NCBI GenBank assembly: GCA_033763935.1
Contig: JANRJO010000057.1
Location: 71,972-135,971, forward strand
DNA length: 64,000 bases
From: Bryobacteraceae bacterium
GTDB lineage: Bacteria; Acidobacteriota; Terriglobia; Bryobacterales; Bryobacteraceae
Direction of reading: 5' to 3'
Below the pieces are notes generated by a model. That model was given only the letters and a program-made list of their open reading frames with translations, ran no database searches and had not been told where the DNA came from. How positions within the stretch are numbered: the stretch's first letter is position 1; every line of letters starts with the position of its first letter. Shown here one piece after another: positions 1 through 9,982 of this stretch. The translations under genes were made by a program, and so were the position numbers.

Positions 1-1743
1 ATCGATTTCCCGGTCTTTGTCGCCCTTAAGCGCTTCTCCGGGAATCGCATGCACTCGCTCGGCATCCAGCGCACGCACTCCTCGTTCGGCGGTGCGGCAG
101 GCGGCGGCATCCGCACGCAGGAGGGCGGCCCCGACCTCGTCGGCACCGTCGGGCCGTTGCAGATGACCGTTTTCGTCGAGGTCCCCTTTGCCGGCATCCG
201 GTTCGTCGAAGACGGTAGCGCCGGCTACTACGCAGCGCACCTCTCGCTGCTCGCCCTGGTGAAGGATGCCGCTGGGCGCGTGGTGCATCGGTTCGAACGA
301 GACGCCCCGCTGAAGGGCCCGCTGCGCAAGCTGGACATACGAAAACAGGGCTCCTACTATCTGGCGCGATCGGTTGCGCTCCCGCCCGGAGAGTACTCGG
401 TGGAGTGCGTGGTGGAAGACAAGTTGAGCCAGAAGTCGAGCGGCACGAGGACGCGAGTGAAAGTGGAGCGCGCCTTGCCGGGCTTCCACATGAGCGACGT
501 CTTTTTTGTCCGCAAGTACGACGGCAGCCGCGACCGCATGGACGCCGACAGCGTCCTTAGTTATGACGGCAACGCACTCAGTCCCGTGCTGGAGCCGAGC
601 ATCCGCGAGAAAGACGAAGCCCGCCTCGATGTGTATTTCTTGCTCTATCCCGACATCTATGGCGACCCGCCGAAGCTCGGGCTGGAGATCTTCCGCGACG
701 GCCAGGCTATCGGGCGCGGCGACCTCCCGTTCACCGATCGCCTGCTCTCTGTGGAACAGCGCAGCGAGCAGAAGCATCAGTTCCCGTACCTGACCTCGCT
801 GAACATCCGGCAGTTCTCCGCCGGCAGCTACGAAGCCCGCGTCACCGGTAAGCAGGGCTTCGGCAGCTTTGCGCGCAGCCTCCTGTTCCGCGTAGAGAGA
901 GTGCCGGGCGCGCCCGAAGCTCCCGAGGACCGCACGGTGCTTGCCCGCCGCGAAAAGCCGGGGCAGGACGGGGAGGAGGCCGAGGGCGACGCCGTTCCGG
1001 AGGTGCTGCCGGTCAAGGTGGAGGCAACCGGCGCGGGGCCCGACGCCGCCGAGCGGGAGCGCATTCTCGAAGACGTGCGCCTGTTCGCCCTGTCCTATAC
1101 CAAGCGCCTTCCCAACTTCCGCTGCCGCCAGGTGACGCGGCGCCTGGTAGGAGCGGGCAAGAAGGGTGAGCCGGAGAAAGAGTCGGACGTTATCGTCGAA
1201 CAACTCACCTTTGAGAACGGCCGCGAGACCTACGCGACCCTGGAAATCAACGGCGAAAAATCGGACCGCGATCGCGAGGAGTGGACGGGCGTGCGCTCAC
1301 GGGGCGAATTCGGGACCCTCCTGCGCGCCGTGTTCAAGCCCGAAACGCAGGCGAAATTTGCGTGGGAAGGCTGGACGATGCTGAACGGAGAGCGGCACCA
1401 TGTGTTTCGCTTCGACATCGCCGAGGACAAGTCGTTCTTCGTCTTCAACCACAACGGTCGGCAGGAAGTGGCGGCGGTTACAGGTCGTGTCTTTGTCGAA
1501 GAGGTGAACACCTCGGTGACCCGCCTCCAAGTGGAAGGCGACATTGCGAACCGGAAGTTTCCCATCCAGTCGCCCTCGCTGGCGCTCGACTACGGTCCCA
1601 TCCGCATTGGCGACTTCGACCACACCCTCCCCGTCTCTTCCGTCCTGCAACTGAAGCAGGGCAAACGCCTGGTCCGCAACGAGGCAGTGTTTCGCGACTA
1701 TCGGAAGTATTCCTCTGATATCAAGGTGACGTTCGACCCTTAA
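1..1743 (+). CDS. hypothetical protein, 5'-partial (frame open to window edge; no stop upstream of the annotated ATG at 49)
   Basis: Long ORF with balanced amino-acid composition and no recognisable catalytic motif. The reading frame continues to position 1, so the true start lies outside the window. Confidence 0.45.
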   Translation: MDFPVFVALKRFSGNRMHSLGIQRTHSSFGGAAGGGIRTQEGGPDLVGTVGPLQMTVFVEVPFAGIRFVEDGSAGYYAAHLSLLALVKDAAGRVVHRFERDAPLKGPLRKLDIRKQGSYYLARSVALPPGEYSVECVVEDKLSQKSSGTRTRVKVERALPGFHMSDVFFVRKYDGSRDRMDADSVLSYDGNALSPVLEPSIREKDEARLDVYFLLYPDIYGDPPKLGLEIFRDGQAIGRGDLPFTDRLLSVEQRSEQKHQFPYLTSLNIRQFSAGSYEARVTGKQGFGSFARSLLFRVERVPGAPEAPEDRTVLARREKPGQDGEEAEGDAVPEVLPVKVEATGAGPDAAERERILEDVRLFALSYTKRLPNFRCRQVTRRLVGAGKKGEPEKESDVIVEQLTFENGRETYATLEINGEKSDRDREEWTGVRSRGEFGTLLRAVFKPETQAKFAWEGWTMLNGERHHVFRFDIAEDKSFFVFNHNGRQEVAAVTGRVFVEEVNTSVTRLQVEGDIANRKFPIQSPSLALDYGPIRIGDFDHTLPVSSVLQLKQGKRLVRNEAVFRDYRKYSSDIKVTFDP

Positions 1744-1786
1744 AGGCCCGAGGGGTCTTAGCTTCGCGGGCCGAGTTGCGCCGCAC

Positions 1787-3172
1787 TCATCGCGGACAGC
1801 TCCGGCCGTCGCGCTGGTATTGTTCGAGAAGCCTCGTGAGACGTTCCACCACTTCCGGCCGCTCGGCGTAGAGGTTCGCCGATTCCGCGGGGTCCGCCGA
1901 GAGATCGTAGAGTTGGCCGCCCGAGGCGCCCTTTTCGAATGCGGGGCTGGTGAAGCCGCCGCTACCCCTGCCTAAAATCAGCTTCCAGTTCTTCTCACGG
2001 ATCGCGAACATGCCCTGGCTCGAGTGGTGCACGACGGCCTCGCGTCCGTTCTGAGACGCGAACAGGTCGAAGCTATCCTCGCCGGCAGATGCCGGAAGCT
2101 TCGCGCCTGTGATCGCCGCCAGCGTTGCCATTAGGTCCGTCAGACATGCCAGACGCCCGTTAACGGTCCCACCCGGTAGGCGCCCGGGCCAGCGGACCAG
2201 GAAGGGAACGCGGTGGCCCGCTTCATGAATGTCCGCCTTTTGCCCACGCCAGTGTGCATTCGCCCGGTGGGTGAAGCGCGCCCGGTCTTCTGGCGTCCAG
2301 TGAGCGCCGTTATCGCTGGTCAGGATGACCAGGGTATTCGTTGGATCGATAGCGGCAAGCACCCGCCCGATCGCGTCGTCGGTCATCGACACAAAGTCGC
2401 CGTAGATCCCCGCGGTCGATGTTCCTTTATATTGAGCGGCCGGCAGCCACGGCGTGTGCGGAGCGGTCAGCGGCAGGTACAAAAAATAAGGTTTCTCGTG
2501 CCTGCGCCGCAGATACTCGACGGCCTTGCCGGCCAGTGTCGCCAGCACCTCCTCAACCTTGAAATGGGGTGCTATGGGCCCCGGCCTATAGAAGACGCCG
2601 CGGGGCGTATCCTGGCCGCGGGTATGAGCGCTCGGTTGCTCCACCACGCGATCGTTCTCGAAGTAAAGGTACGGCTCCATGTCGAGCGAGGCTGGGATGC
2701 CGAAGAAATAGTCGAAGCCGTGGTCTACCGGGCAGGGGCGAAGCGGAAGCGAGTAGTTCGTCTTCTCGTCGGCTCCCAGGCCCAGGTGCCACTTGCCGAT
2801 GCCGGCCGTCGTGTATCCGCGGGCGCGGAGCAGGGAAGCGACCGTCATCCGTCCGGGCTCAATCAGGTTCGGCGAGTACCCCCAGAGCACGCCATTCTTG
2901 AGTCTGCTGCGCCAGCAGTAGCGACCCGTGAGGATTCCGTAGCGCGTCGGCGTGCACACGGACGAAGGTGAGTGCATGTCGGTGAACCGCACGCCTTCCG
3001 ACGCCAGGCGGTTGGCGTGGGGCATGGCGATCTCCGATTCCGGGTTGTAGCAGCGAAGATCGCCCCAGCCGAGATCGTCGGCGAGAATATAGACGATGTT
3101 GGGCCGTTCCGTTTTCGCGCCGCGGAGCAGGGGAGCGGCGGCAAGCTGTGACAGGAAGGAGCGCCGGTTCAC
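1787..3172 (-). CDS. sulfatase (arylsulfatase / N-acetylglucosamine-6-sulfatase-like), Tat-secreted
   Basis: Sulfatase signature S-V-C-T-P-T-R (C-x-P-x-R formylglycine motif) after NIVYILADDLGWGDL. Twin-arginine signal VNRRSFLSQLAAAPLL. I place the start at GTG 3172..3170, forming a GTGA overlap with the upstream gene's stop. The 618-aa ORF-track version carries an Arg-rich spurious N-terminal extension. Confidence 0.85.
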   Translation of the reverse strand: MNRRSFLSQLAAAPLLRGAKTERPNIVYILADDLGWGDLRCYNPESEIAMPHANRLASEGVRFTDMHSPSSVCTPTRYGILTGRYCWRSRLKNGVLWGYSPNLIEPGRMTVASLLRARGYTTAGIGKWHLGLGADEKTNYSLPLRPCPVDHGFDYFFGIPASLDMEPYLYFENDRVVEQPSAHTRGQDTPRGVFYRPGPIAPHFKVEEVLATLAGKAVEYLRRRHEKPYFLYLPLTAPHTPWLPAAQYKGTSTAGIYGDFVSMTDDAIGRVLAAIDPTNTLVILTSDNGAHWTPEDRARFTHRANAHWRGQKADIHEAGHRVPFLVRWPGRLPGGTVNGRLACLTDLMATLAAITGAKLPASAGEDSFDLFASQNGREAVVHHSSQGMFAIREKNWKLILGRGSGGFTSPAFEKGASGGQLYDLSADPAESANLYAERPEVVERLTRLLEQYQRDGRSCPR

Positions 3173-4332
3173 GGGAACACCTGCCGCCCGGACAACCAGG
3201 TTCGCTCGACGGCGATGTCCTTGCTCTGCGGGTCCACGCGGAACTGAACGATATCCGCCCGCTCGCCCGGCTGCAACCCGCGCAGGCGCCCGGGTACGCG
3301 GCCGGCGCGAGCAGCATTTCGCGTTGCCATAGTGACAGCCTCCAGCAGCGAGAGCCCGGCCAGTTGCATCAGCCGGGACACCCCGCGGTCCATCGTCAAC
3401 GATGAGCCGGCCAACTGCCGGCCGCCCCGCACGCGAACACTCTCGTCGGTGTGCAGTTCCACTTCGACTTCGCCCAACCGGTAGAACCCCGGCTTCGACC
3501 CGGCCGGCGACACCGCATCCGTAACGAGGACGGAGCGCTCGACCCCCTTGGCCCGTATGGCGGCTTTCAGAAATGCCGCCGGGACGTGAATACCGTCGCC
3601 GATGAAGCTCGCCGTTAGACGGTCCTCCGCAAGCTGGTCCCAAATGTAGTTGGGATGCCGCGGCAGGACGTTATGCGAACCGTTACCGAGATGCGTGGAC
3701 ATGGTGGCTCCGGCCGATACCGCCGCGGCGATCTGCTCCGCGTTCGCCGCTGTGTGTCCGATCGCCGCTACGATCCCCTCCCGCACCAGCGTCTCAATGA
3801 ATCGGGGCGCCTCCGGCCACTCCGGCGAAAGCGTCACCAGTTTTACATATCCCTCCGCGGCATCCTGAAGGCGGCGGAACTCGTCGATGTCGGGCGGTCG
3901 CACCCAGCGCCGCGGATGCGCTCCTCGCGGCCCGTCCTCCGGCGAGATGTGCGGGCCTTCGACGTGGAAGCCCTCCATCGCCACACCTTCCGGAAGCGTC
4001 TGTTTCGCCGCGGCGAGGTTCCGCAGCGCTCCCGCCGTTTCTTCAAACGCATTGGTGATGACGGTGGGGAAGAAACGGGTTACCCCCGTCCGGAACATCG
4101 CTCGTATGCAGCGTGCGATCTCTTCGCCGGGCGTCGAGCGATCATTCAAGTCCACGCCGGCAAAGCCGTTCACCTGCAGATCGATAAAGCCGGGGGCAAG
4201 ATAGGGCAGGCTGGCGGACCGGCCGATCAGGTGCTCCGCGGTTTGAATCTGATCGCCGAACGTCAACTCGATCGAAGCGCCTCCGGCTACATCGACGCCC
4301 GAAACGGATTCGCCCGCCACTGTTTTATTCAC
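3169..4332 (-). CDS. nagA: N-acetylglucosamine-6-phosphate deacetylase-like amidohydrolase (NagA family)
   Basis: PGFIDLQVNGFAGVDLND closely matches the E. coli NagA segment GFIDVQLNGCGGVQFND (the Q-x-N variant of the metal-binding motif). Amidohydrolase length. Its stop overlaps the sulfatase start (GTGA). Confidence 0.6.
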   Translation of the reverse strand: MNKTVAGESVSGVDVAGGASIELTFGDQIQTAEHLIGRSASLPYLAPGFIDLQVNGFAGVDLNDRSTPGEEIARCIRAMFRTGVTRFFPTVITNAFEETAGALRNLAAAKQTLPEGVAMEGFHVEGPHISPEDGPRGAHPRRWVRPPDIDEFRRLQDAAEGYVKLVTLSPEWPEAPRFIETLVREGIVAAIGHTAANAEQIAAAVSAGATMSTHLGNGSHNVLPRHPNYIWDQLAEDRLTASFIGDGIHVPAAFLKAAIRAKGVERSVLVTDAVSPAGSKPGFYRLGEVEVELHTDESVRVRGGRQLAGSSLTMDRGVSRLMQLAGLSLLEAVTMATRNAARAGRVPGRLRGLQPGERADIVQFRVDPQSKDIAVERTWLSGRQVFP

Positions 4333-4567
4333 AAGTTACTCACAAGCCCCCCGCCGTAAGCGCTGGAGAGATGAGCCGATATCCCTGTTGAAAAGCGCTG
4401 TCGCGGTCGAATTGAACTCTGGCGCAAGCCGCCGATCGCTGCTACAAGAGAGGTGATCCCCTGCGGCGGCGGCCTGCGCGGTATATCTCGGGGGAGGTGA
4501 TCGCGTAGCCGCTCCCGCGGATCGTCGTTCGTCCGTTCCACTTGAATCAGCTCCGCTCCCCCGTTTC

Positions 4568-5509
4568 TTACGCCGGGACCGGTTGTCGTGCCGGAACCGG
4601 CGTGAGCCAACCGAAACGGTCCGGAGCGGAGCCATTCAGAATCCCGAAAAACTCCTTCTGAAGGCGCTCCGTGATCGGTCCGCGCTTGCCGTCGCCGACA
4701 GGAATGCGGTCGATCGACCGGATGGGGGTGATCTCCGCCGCCGTGCCGGTGAAGAACACCTCGTCTGCAATGTACAGCAGTTCCCGCGGGATGATGGTTT
4801 CCACCAGCGGAATGGCCATTGCTTGCGCGAGCTTCAGAATACTGTCGCGAGTGATCCCCGGCAGCACCGATGCACCGAGCGGCGGCGTGTGGATCTTACC
4901 GTCGCGGATGACGAAGATGTTTTCGCCGGAACCTTCGCTCACATAGCCGGCTTCATCGAGCGCGATGCCTTCGGCGTAGCCGTTGATGTGCGCCTCCATC
5001 CGGATCAGCTGCGAGTTCATGTAGTTCGCACCCGCTTTCGCCAGTGCCGGCAGCGTGTTCGGAGCCAGGCGGCTCCAGCTGGAGATGCACACATCGACGC
5101 CCTGCGCGAGCGCCTCCTCGCCCAGATACTTGCCCCACTCCCAGCAGGCCAGATACACCTCGATGGGATTGTTGGCCGGAAGCACACCGACGTCGCCGTA
5201 GCCGCGAAGCGCAATCGGACGGATGTAGCAGGCGTCAAGCCGGTTGACTCCCACCAGCTCTACGCAGGCGTCGGAGACCTGCTCGGGCGTGAAGGGAATC
5301 TCCATGCGGTAGATGCGGGCCGAATCGAACATGCGGCGGACGTGTTCGGGCAGGCGGAAGATGGCGGGTCCACTGGTGGTGGAGTAACAGCGGATGCCTT
5401 CGAAAACGGAGCTTCCATAGCTGACGACGTGCGAGAGGACGTGAATCTTCGCATCGTCCCAGGGGATGAAGCGGCCGTTATGCCAGATCTTGTCGGTGGG
5501 CTTCAGCAT
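4568..5509 (-). CDS. ilvE: branched-chain amino acid aminotransferase
   Basis: [42 protein letters not shown] aligns with the N-terminus of E. coli IlvE. Fold-type IV PLP aminotransferase, about 314 aa. The start is an internal ATG of the track ORF. Confidence 0.9.
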   Translation of the reverse strand: MLKPTDKIWHNGRFIPWDDAKIHVLSHVVSYGSSVFEGIRCYSTTSGPAIFRLPEHVRRMFDSARIYRMEIPFTPEQVSDACVELVGVNRLDACYIRPIALRGYGDVGVLPANNPIEVYLACWEWGKYLGEEALAQGVDVCISSWSRLAPNTLPALAKAGANYMNSQLIRMEAHINGYAEGIALDEAGYVSEGSGENIFVIRDGKIHTPPLGASVLPGITRDSILKLAQAMAIPLVETIIPRELLYIADEVFFTGTAAEITPIRSIDRIPVGDGKRGPITERLQKEFFGILNGSAPDRFGWLTPVPARQPVPA

Positions 5510-5579
5510 GCCAGTTATTATAACTTTAGGGTGGAAACCGGCCCGCGCCGCGTCACATCTGTAGCGTAAGGAGGGGAAC

Positions 5580-6953
5580 GTGCGTTCCGTTTTCAGTCTT
5601 CTGTTGAGTGCGCTTCTGGTTGTTGCTCCGGCGCTTCCGCAGGCGAAGAGCCGCACACTCAAGCCCGGCTGGAACATCTTCTCGAAGGATCAGGATGTGC
5701 AGTTGGGCAGGGAAGCCGCCTCTCAGGTGGAGCGGGAGATGCCGGTGGTCCGCGACGAAGTGTTGAACGGCTACCTGACGCGGCTGGGGCAGCGCCTGGT
5801 GGCGGCGCCGGAGGCCGACAAGTATCCCTATACGTTCAAGTGGGTCAACGATCCCAACATCAACGCCTTCGCGCTGCCCGGCGGGCCCACGTATTTCAAT
5901 ACCGGCCTGATTCTCAACGCGGACAACGAAGGGCAGCTGGTGGGCGTGCTGGCACATGAGATCTCGCACGTTGCCCTGCGCCACGGCACGCACCAGGTGT
6001 CGAAGGCCAATGCCATCAAACTGCCTGCCATGCTGTTAGGCGCCGTGGTCGGCGGCGGTTCGATGCTCGGCCAACTCACGCAGTTGGGTATCGGGCTTGG
6101 GGCCAACTCTCTGTTACTGAAGTACTCGCGCGACGCCGAACGCGACGCCGACCTGCTGGGCGCCAGAATGATGGCGCGGGCCGGTTACAATCCGCTCGAG
6201 ATGGCGCGCTTCTTTGAGAAGCTGGAGGCGCAGGGCGGGCAGCGGATGCCACAGTTCCTTTCCTCCCACCCCAATCCCGGGAACCGTGTGCAGTCGGTTG
6301 AGAACGAGATCCGCACCTTCTCCCGGCAGGACTACAACGCCGACAGCGGTGAGTTCCAGCGCATGAAGGCGCGCGTTCAGCAGTTGCCGAAGGCCCCGGC
6401 GCCGCGGCAGGGCGGAGGCAATCTGCCTTCGGGCGGGGCACCTCCCAACTCCGGAGAGGTTCTCCCGACCGGGCGGTTCAAGGAGTACCGCGCGAACGAC
6501 TTCAGCTTGAGGCACCCCGAGAACTGGGAAGCGTTCGGCGACCAGACCTCCTCGAGCGTCACCATCGCCCCACGCGCCGGCCTTCGTCAGGGACAGAACG
6601 GCGTGCAGATCGGCTACGGAGTGATCGTGAGCCTGCATGAGCCGCCGCAAGGACGCCGGGTGGATCTGCAGCGGGATACGCAGGACCTGATCCGGCAACT
6701 GCAGCAGTCGAATCAGGACATGACACCCGCGCGCGAGGGCGCCCGCCGGACCACGGTAGATGGCCGGCAGGCGCTGATCACCACTCTCTACTCGCGGTCC
6801 CCGTTCGAGGGTCAGCGGGAGGTGGACATGCTGGTGACCATGGCGCTGCCCGAGCGGTTGCTCTACCTGGTGTTCATTGGGCCCGAGCAGGACTTTTCCA
6901 AGTTGCAGGGGACGTACGAGGAGATGCTGCGGAGTGTTCGGGTAAGCCAGTAG
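5580..6953 (+). CDS. M48 family zinc metallopeptidase (HtpX/BepA-like) with signal peptide and about 200-aa C-terminal extension
   Basis: [11 protein letters not shown] (HExxH) in M48 context. N-terminal signal peptide. GTG start preceded by TAAGGAGGGG. Confidence 0.8.
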   Translation: MRSVFSLLLSALLVVAPALPQAKSRTLKPGWNIFSKDQDVQLGREAASQVEREMPVVRDEVLNGYLTRLGQRLVAAPEADKYPYTFKWVNDPNINAFALPGGPTYFNTGLILNADNEGQLVGVLAHEISHVALRHGTHQVSKANAIKLPAMLLGAVVGGGSMLGQLTQLGIGLGANSLLLKYSRDAERDADLLGARMMARAGYNPLEMARFFEKLEAQGGQRMPQFLSSHPNPGNRVQSVENEIRTFSRQDYNADSGEFQRMKARVQQLPKAPAPRQGGGNLPSGGAPPNSGEVLPTGRFKEYRANDFSLRHPENWEAFGDQTSSSVTIAPRAGLRQGQNGVQIGYGVIVSLHEPPQGRRVDLQRDTQDLIRQLQQSNQDMTPAREGARRTTVDGRQALITTLYSRSPFEGQREVDMLVTMALPERLLYLVFIGPEQDFSKLQGTYEEMLRSVRVSQ

Positions 6954-7053
6954 CGAAAGTTAACATAATATCCGTTATCAGAAGTGAGCTATCGCAACGT
7001 GGCGGCTACACGGCTTCGCTAAGGTTTTTCACCAATCCGGCGATGAGTAGAGT

Positions 7054-7299
7054 ATGAAGACCTCGTCTTCGTACGAACTCGCCCTGACGCGCTTCGCCGG
7101 ATGCCTCAGGGGGTTGGGGGCGACTGACATCGAGCCCCACGTCGACGCCGAAGTAGATTCGCTGACTCTCGCCGGGGTTTACGACGGCGACCCGTTCATC
7201 CTTCGCCCGAGCCGGGCGGACGTGCAGGTGGCGGAGAGCGGCAGCCAGGAGGATTGGGAGGCCTTGCGCCGGAAGTTTGAGGCGGCTTGGCCCGCTTAA
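7054..7299 (+). CDS. small acidic hypothetical protein (81 aa)
   Basis: ORF with an AT-rich promoter-like region upstream and a shared hairpin terminator downstream. No recognisable domain. Confidence 0.35.
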   Translation: MKTSSSYELALTRFAGCLRGLGATDIEPHVDAEVDSLTLAGVYDGDPFILRPSRADVQVAESGSQEDWEALRRKFEAAWPA

Positions 7300-7327
7300 G
7301 CGACCGTGGGCAAGAAACACAAAAAAG

Positions 7328-7360
7328 GCCTGCTCCCGGCTGGAAGGACCGGAAGCAGGC
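7328..7360. terminator. bidirectional rho-independent terminator between convergent genes
   Basis: GCCTGCT(C)CCGG...CCGG(A)AGCAGGC stem, flanked by AAAAAA on the plus strand (a T-tract for the minus-strand FecR gene). Confidence 0.5.
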
Positions 7361-7393
7361 TCTGAGGGAAGAAGAACTTTTGGGCCAGGCACC

Positions 7394-9940
7394 CTAGCGG
7401 CTACGCCCTCCGCCGCCTCCACGGGCTCCGCCGCCGCCTCCGCCGCCGCGCGAGAATCCGCCTCCGCCACCGCCGCCGCCGGCAGAGCCGCTGAACCCGC
7501 CGCTCGATCGCATACCGCCGCCCGAGTTGAAGGAGCCGCCGCCGCGGCCCGAGTACCCGCTGGCACCGCTCCAGGGGGACCCGCCTCTACTGGAGTAGGC
7601 ACCGCCGCCGCTCGAAAACCCGCCGCTCGAAGAACCGCCACTCGAAAACCCGCCGCCCGAGCCGCCCCTTCCCTCGTAGCCCCTCATCTCTGAGCGACTG
7701 CCAGAAAAGCTGCCCCGCGGTGTCTCTGACCGGTAGGACTCGAGGCTGCCGCGGCCCGCGTAGTCGCCCCGGCTTCCGAAATTGTTGCCGCTGAAAGAGC
7801 GCCACGATGCGCCCATCTCGTCGTTACCCCGGCCGCTGCTGCGGCCCTCGCGCGCGGGCGAGGATTGTCGCGGCGTATCGCCGCCACCGCGGGGTGATTC
7901 GGTCCGATCGACGCGCGGTGTTTCGCGCGGCGACTCCGAGCGCGGCGACTCCGTCCGCGGGCTCTCGGACCGCGACCCACCGCCGCCGCCACGATTGAAG
8001 CGCTCCCAACCGCCCGAACTCTCACGGCCGGCGTTGGGTTCGCTTCGCGGTGTTTCACGGGGCGACTCCGTCCGCGGGCTCTCGGATCGGGACCCGCCGC
8101 CGCCACGATTCGATCGCTCCCACCCACCCGAGCTCTCGCGGCCGGCGTCGGGTTCGCTTCGCGGTGTTTCGCGCGCAGTCTCCGAGCGGGGGCTCTCGCC
8201 GCCGCGACTTCCCCGCCCTGGATCGCCAAAGCGGCGCCAGCCGCCGGCACTGTCCTCGCTGCTCGCCGGCGACTGCTCGGCGCCACTGCGGAAGGCGCGG
8301 CCCTCGGAGGGGCGCCCGAAACCGCGCCATCCCCCGGTGGGATCGGCGCCGCCGCGCCCGGCGGTAGATGGCGTGTTCCCGGGTTCGCTTTCGCCCATTC
8401 GACGCCAGCCGCCACTGCCGCGGCCCTCGCTGCCACGGCTTTCGGCGCCGCGTTCGAGTCCGCCGCCTCGTTCGGCCACGCGCGGAAGGTCGTTGCCCAC
8501 GGTCTGTCTGGCGTACTCGGTGACCCCGCTGCGCTGTTCTTCAAACGGGACGCGATCCACGCGAGACGGCTCGCGGCGTGCGAAGAAACGGCCGTCCTCG
8601 CCTCCACGGGGCGTCGAGCGAACGTCCCGATCGGCGAGCCGCAGGCTGTCCCGGTCCGGAGCCATGGGAAGCGCGCCGCGCACAAGGCTGGCCCGGGAGA
8701 GGTCGTCAGCGCTCACGCGGATGGCGCGTCCGGCTTGCCCTCGGGTGAAATCGGCTCCGTCCACGGCGGTAATGGAATCTACGATACGCGCGTTCCGGTA
8801 GATGTTCGTGATGTTGATGTTATTGACGATGGTGCGATTGTCGACGTGAACGCGGCGGCCGCCTCCCCAACCACGCCAGCGCGAGCCCCACCAGCCGTAA
8901 CACGGATCCGCGGGCCCCAGCGCGAACCACCCGACACGACCGAAGCCGATGCCGACGTTCACGTTGTAGCCACCCCAGTGATTCCAGCCAACCCAACCCA
9001 CGAGGGCGGGCCTCCACCAGCGGCCGCCGCCCGGCCACCAGCACCAGCGGTTTCCCCACCAGAACCAGCGCCCCCAATGATAGGGCGCCCATCCCCAGGG
9101 ATCGTAGCTGACCCACGACCAGCCCCACCAATCGACCCACGACCAGCGGCCATACCGGTACGGCGCCCAGCCCGGGGCGACGTTCGGCGACCACACCATG
9201 CCATATTCCGGTGTGTTGATCCACGCGCCGTGGTTGTCGAGGTCTTCGGCGCCCCAGACGTGCCGTCCGACATAGCGGTACGCTCCGGAGCGTTCGAGGT
9301 CACGATCGCGGGCTTCGTTCCAGCGGTCCCAATCGTCGTGGCCTTCCGCGTCGAGGATTCGGAATTCGGGGTCGGAGACAGTGCCTCGCGCCAGCAGCCG
9401 CTGGCCGCTTCGCAGCCGTTCGGAGCCGCGCGGGGTAAAGATCTCTACCTCCCCGCCGCCCCGCACGGTCACCTCCGTGGTCCCGTCGGGACGCACCTCA
9501 ATGCGGTAGGAGCCGCGGCGGACCGGCCGTACGGAAACGGTTGGCGTTGAGATCTCAATATCGGCGTCGGTATCGCGCAGCACGCGGAACATCGTCACGC
9601 CGCGGGCGAGCTGCACCTGATACCGGCGATATTCGAGTTCGGTCACACGGACTTCCGTGTCGGACGCAAGCCGGATCATGTTGGCCCAGTCCAGCTGCAG
9701 CTCGGCCCGGGAGCCTGGTCCGGTGTAGAGCCGGTCGCCGACCACGAGCGGAGCGTTGAGCGCCGCGGCAACCCAATCGCCCGAATCGCCACGGCGGACC
9801 GAGACGTCACCGTTCATGACGCTGACGCGAGCCACACCTCTGCCGGGCTGCCCGTCGTCCACGTCCGCCCGGGACGGGACCGGCGCCAGGACCGCCGTGA
9901 TCATCAGAACCAACCCGCATTCGCGTCTCATGGCGAGCAC
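7394..9940 (-). CDS. secreted FecR-domain protein with a Trp-rich central module and a Gly/Arg/Ser-rich repetitive C-terminal tail
   Basis: Signal peptide. FecR-like segment (VSVMNGDVSVRRGD...GDRLYTGPGSRAELQ). W-rich block (WSWVDWWGWSWVSYDPWGWAPYHWGRWFWWGNRWCWW). C-terminal 400 aa of RGG/SR/SG repeats ending [28 protein letters not shown]. Confidence 0.7.
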   Translation of the reverse strand: MLAMRRECGLVLMITAVLAPVPSRADVDDGQPGRGVARVSVMNGDVSVRRGDSGDWVAAALNAPLVVGDRLYTGPGSRAELQLDWANMIRLASDTEVRVTELEYRRYQVQLARGVTMFRVLRDTDADIEISTPTVSVRPVRRGSYRIEVRPDGTTEVTVRGGGEVEIFTPRGSERLRSGQRLLARGTVSDPEFRILDAEGHDDWDRWNEARDRDLERSGAYRYVGRHVWGAEDLDNHGAWINTPEYGMVWSPNVAPGWAPYRYGRWSWVDWWGWSWVSYDPWGWAPYHWGRWFWWGNRWCWWPGGGRWWRPALVGWVGWNHWGGYNVNVGIGFGRVGWFALGPADPCYGWWGSRWRGWGGGRRVHVDNRTIVNNINITNIYRNARIVDSITAVDGADFTRGQAGRAIRVSADDLSRASLVRGALPMAPDRDSLRLADRDVRSTPRGGEDGRFFARREPSRVDRVPFEEQRSGVTEYARQTVGNDLPRVAERGGGLERGAESRGSEGRGSGGWRRMGESEPGNTPSTAGRGGADPTGGWRGFGRPSEGRAFRSGAEQSPASSEDSAGGWRRFGDPGRGSRGGESPRSETARETPRSEPDAGRESSGGWERSNRGGGGSRSESPRTESPRETPRSEPNAGRESSGGWERFNRGGGGGSRSESPRTESPRSESPRETPRVDRTESPRGGGDTPRQSSPAREGRSSGRGNDEMGASWRSFSGNNFGSRGDYAGRGSLESYRSETPRGSFSGSRSEMRGYEGRGGSGGGFSSGGSSSGGFSSGGGAYSSRGGSPWSGASGYSGRGGGSFNSGGGMRSSGGFSGSAGGGGGGGGFSRGGGGGGGARGGGGGRSR
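7914..8290. repeat. coding tandem repeat, about 3 units of about 114-132 bp
   Basis: Units begin at about 7914, 8046 and 8160 (cgcggtgtttc...gggttcgcttcg). They encode SESPRTESPRETPRSEP(N/D)AGRESSGGWER(S/F)NRGGGG repeats in the FecR-domain protein. Confidence 0.7.
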
Positions 9941-9982
9941 TCCGACCGCTGAAATGCAATTCGTACACCAAATCGTAAGCCT

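Noticed and set aside
3173-3643. N-terminal extensions of track ORFs (sulfatase 618 aa, GT2 505 aa, carbamoyltransferase 823 aa, SPFH 427 aa, AhpD 299 aa, HU 168 aa, ilvE 369 aa)
   Set aside because: The extensions are Arg/Pro-rich and overlap upstream genes. Internal starts coincide with signal peptides, SD motifs or ATGA/GTGA overlaps.
7914-8290. Tandem repeats considered as possible CRISPR or minisatellite
   Set aside because: Repeats are about 114-132 bp, imperfect, GC-rich and lie in-frame within a coding region (protein-level repeats). No spacer/repeat alternation.
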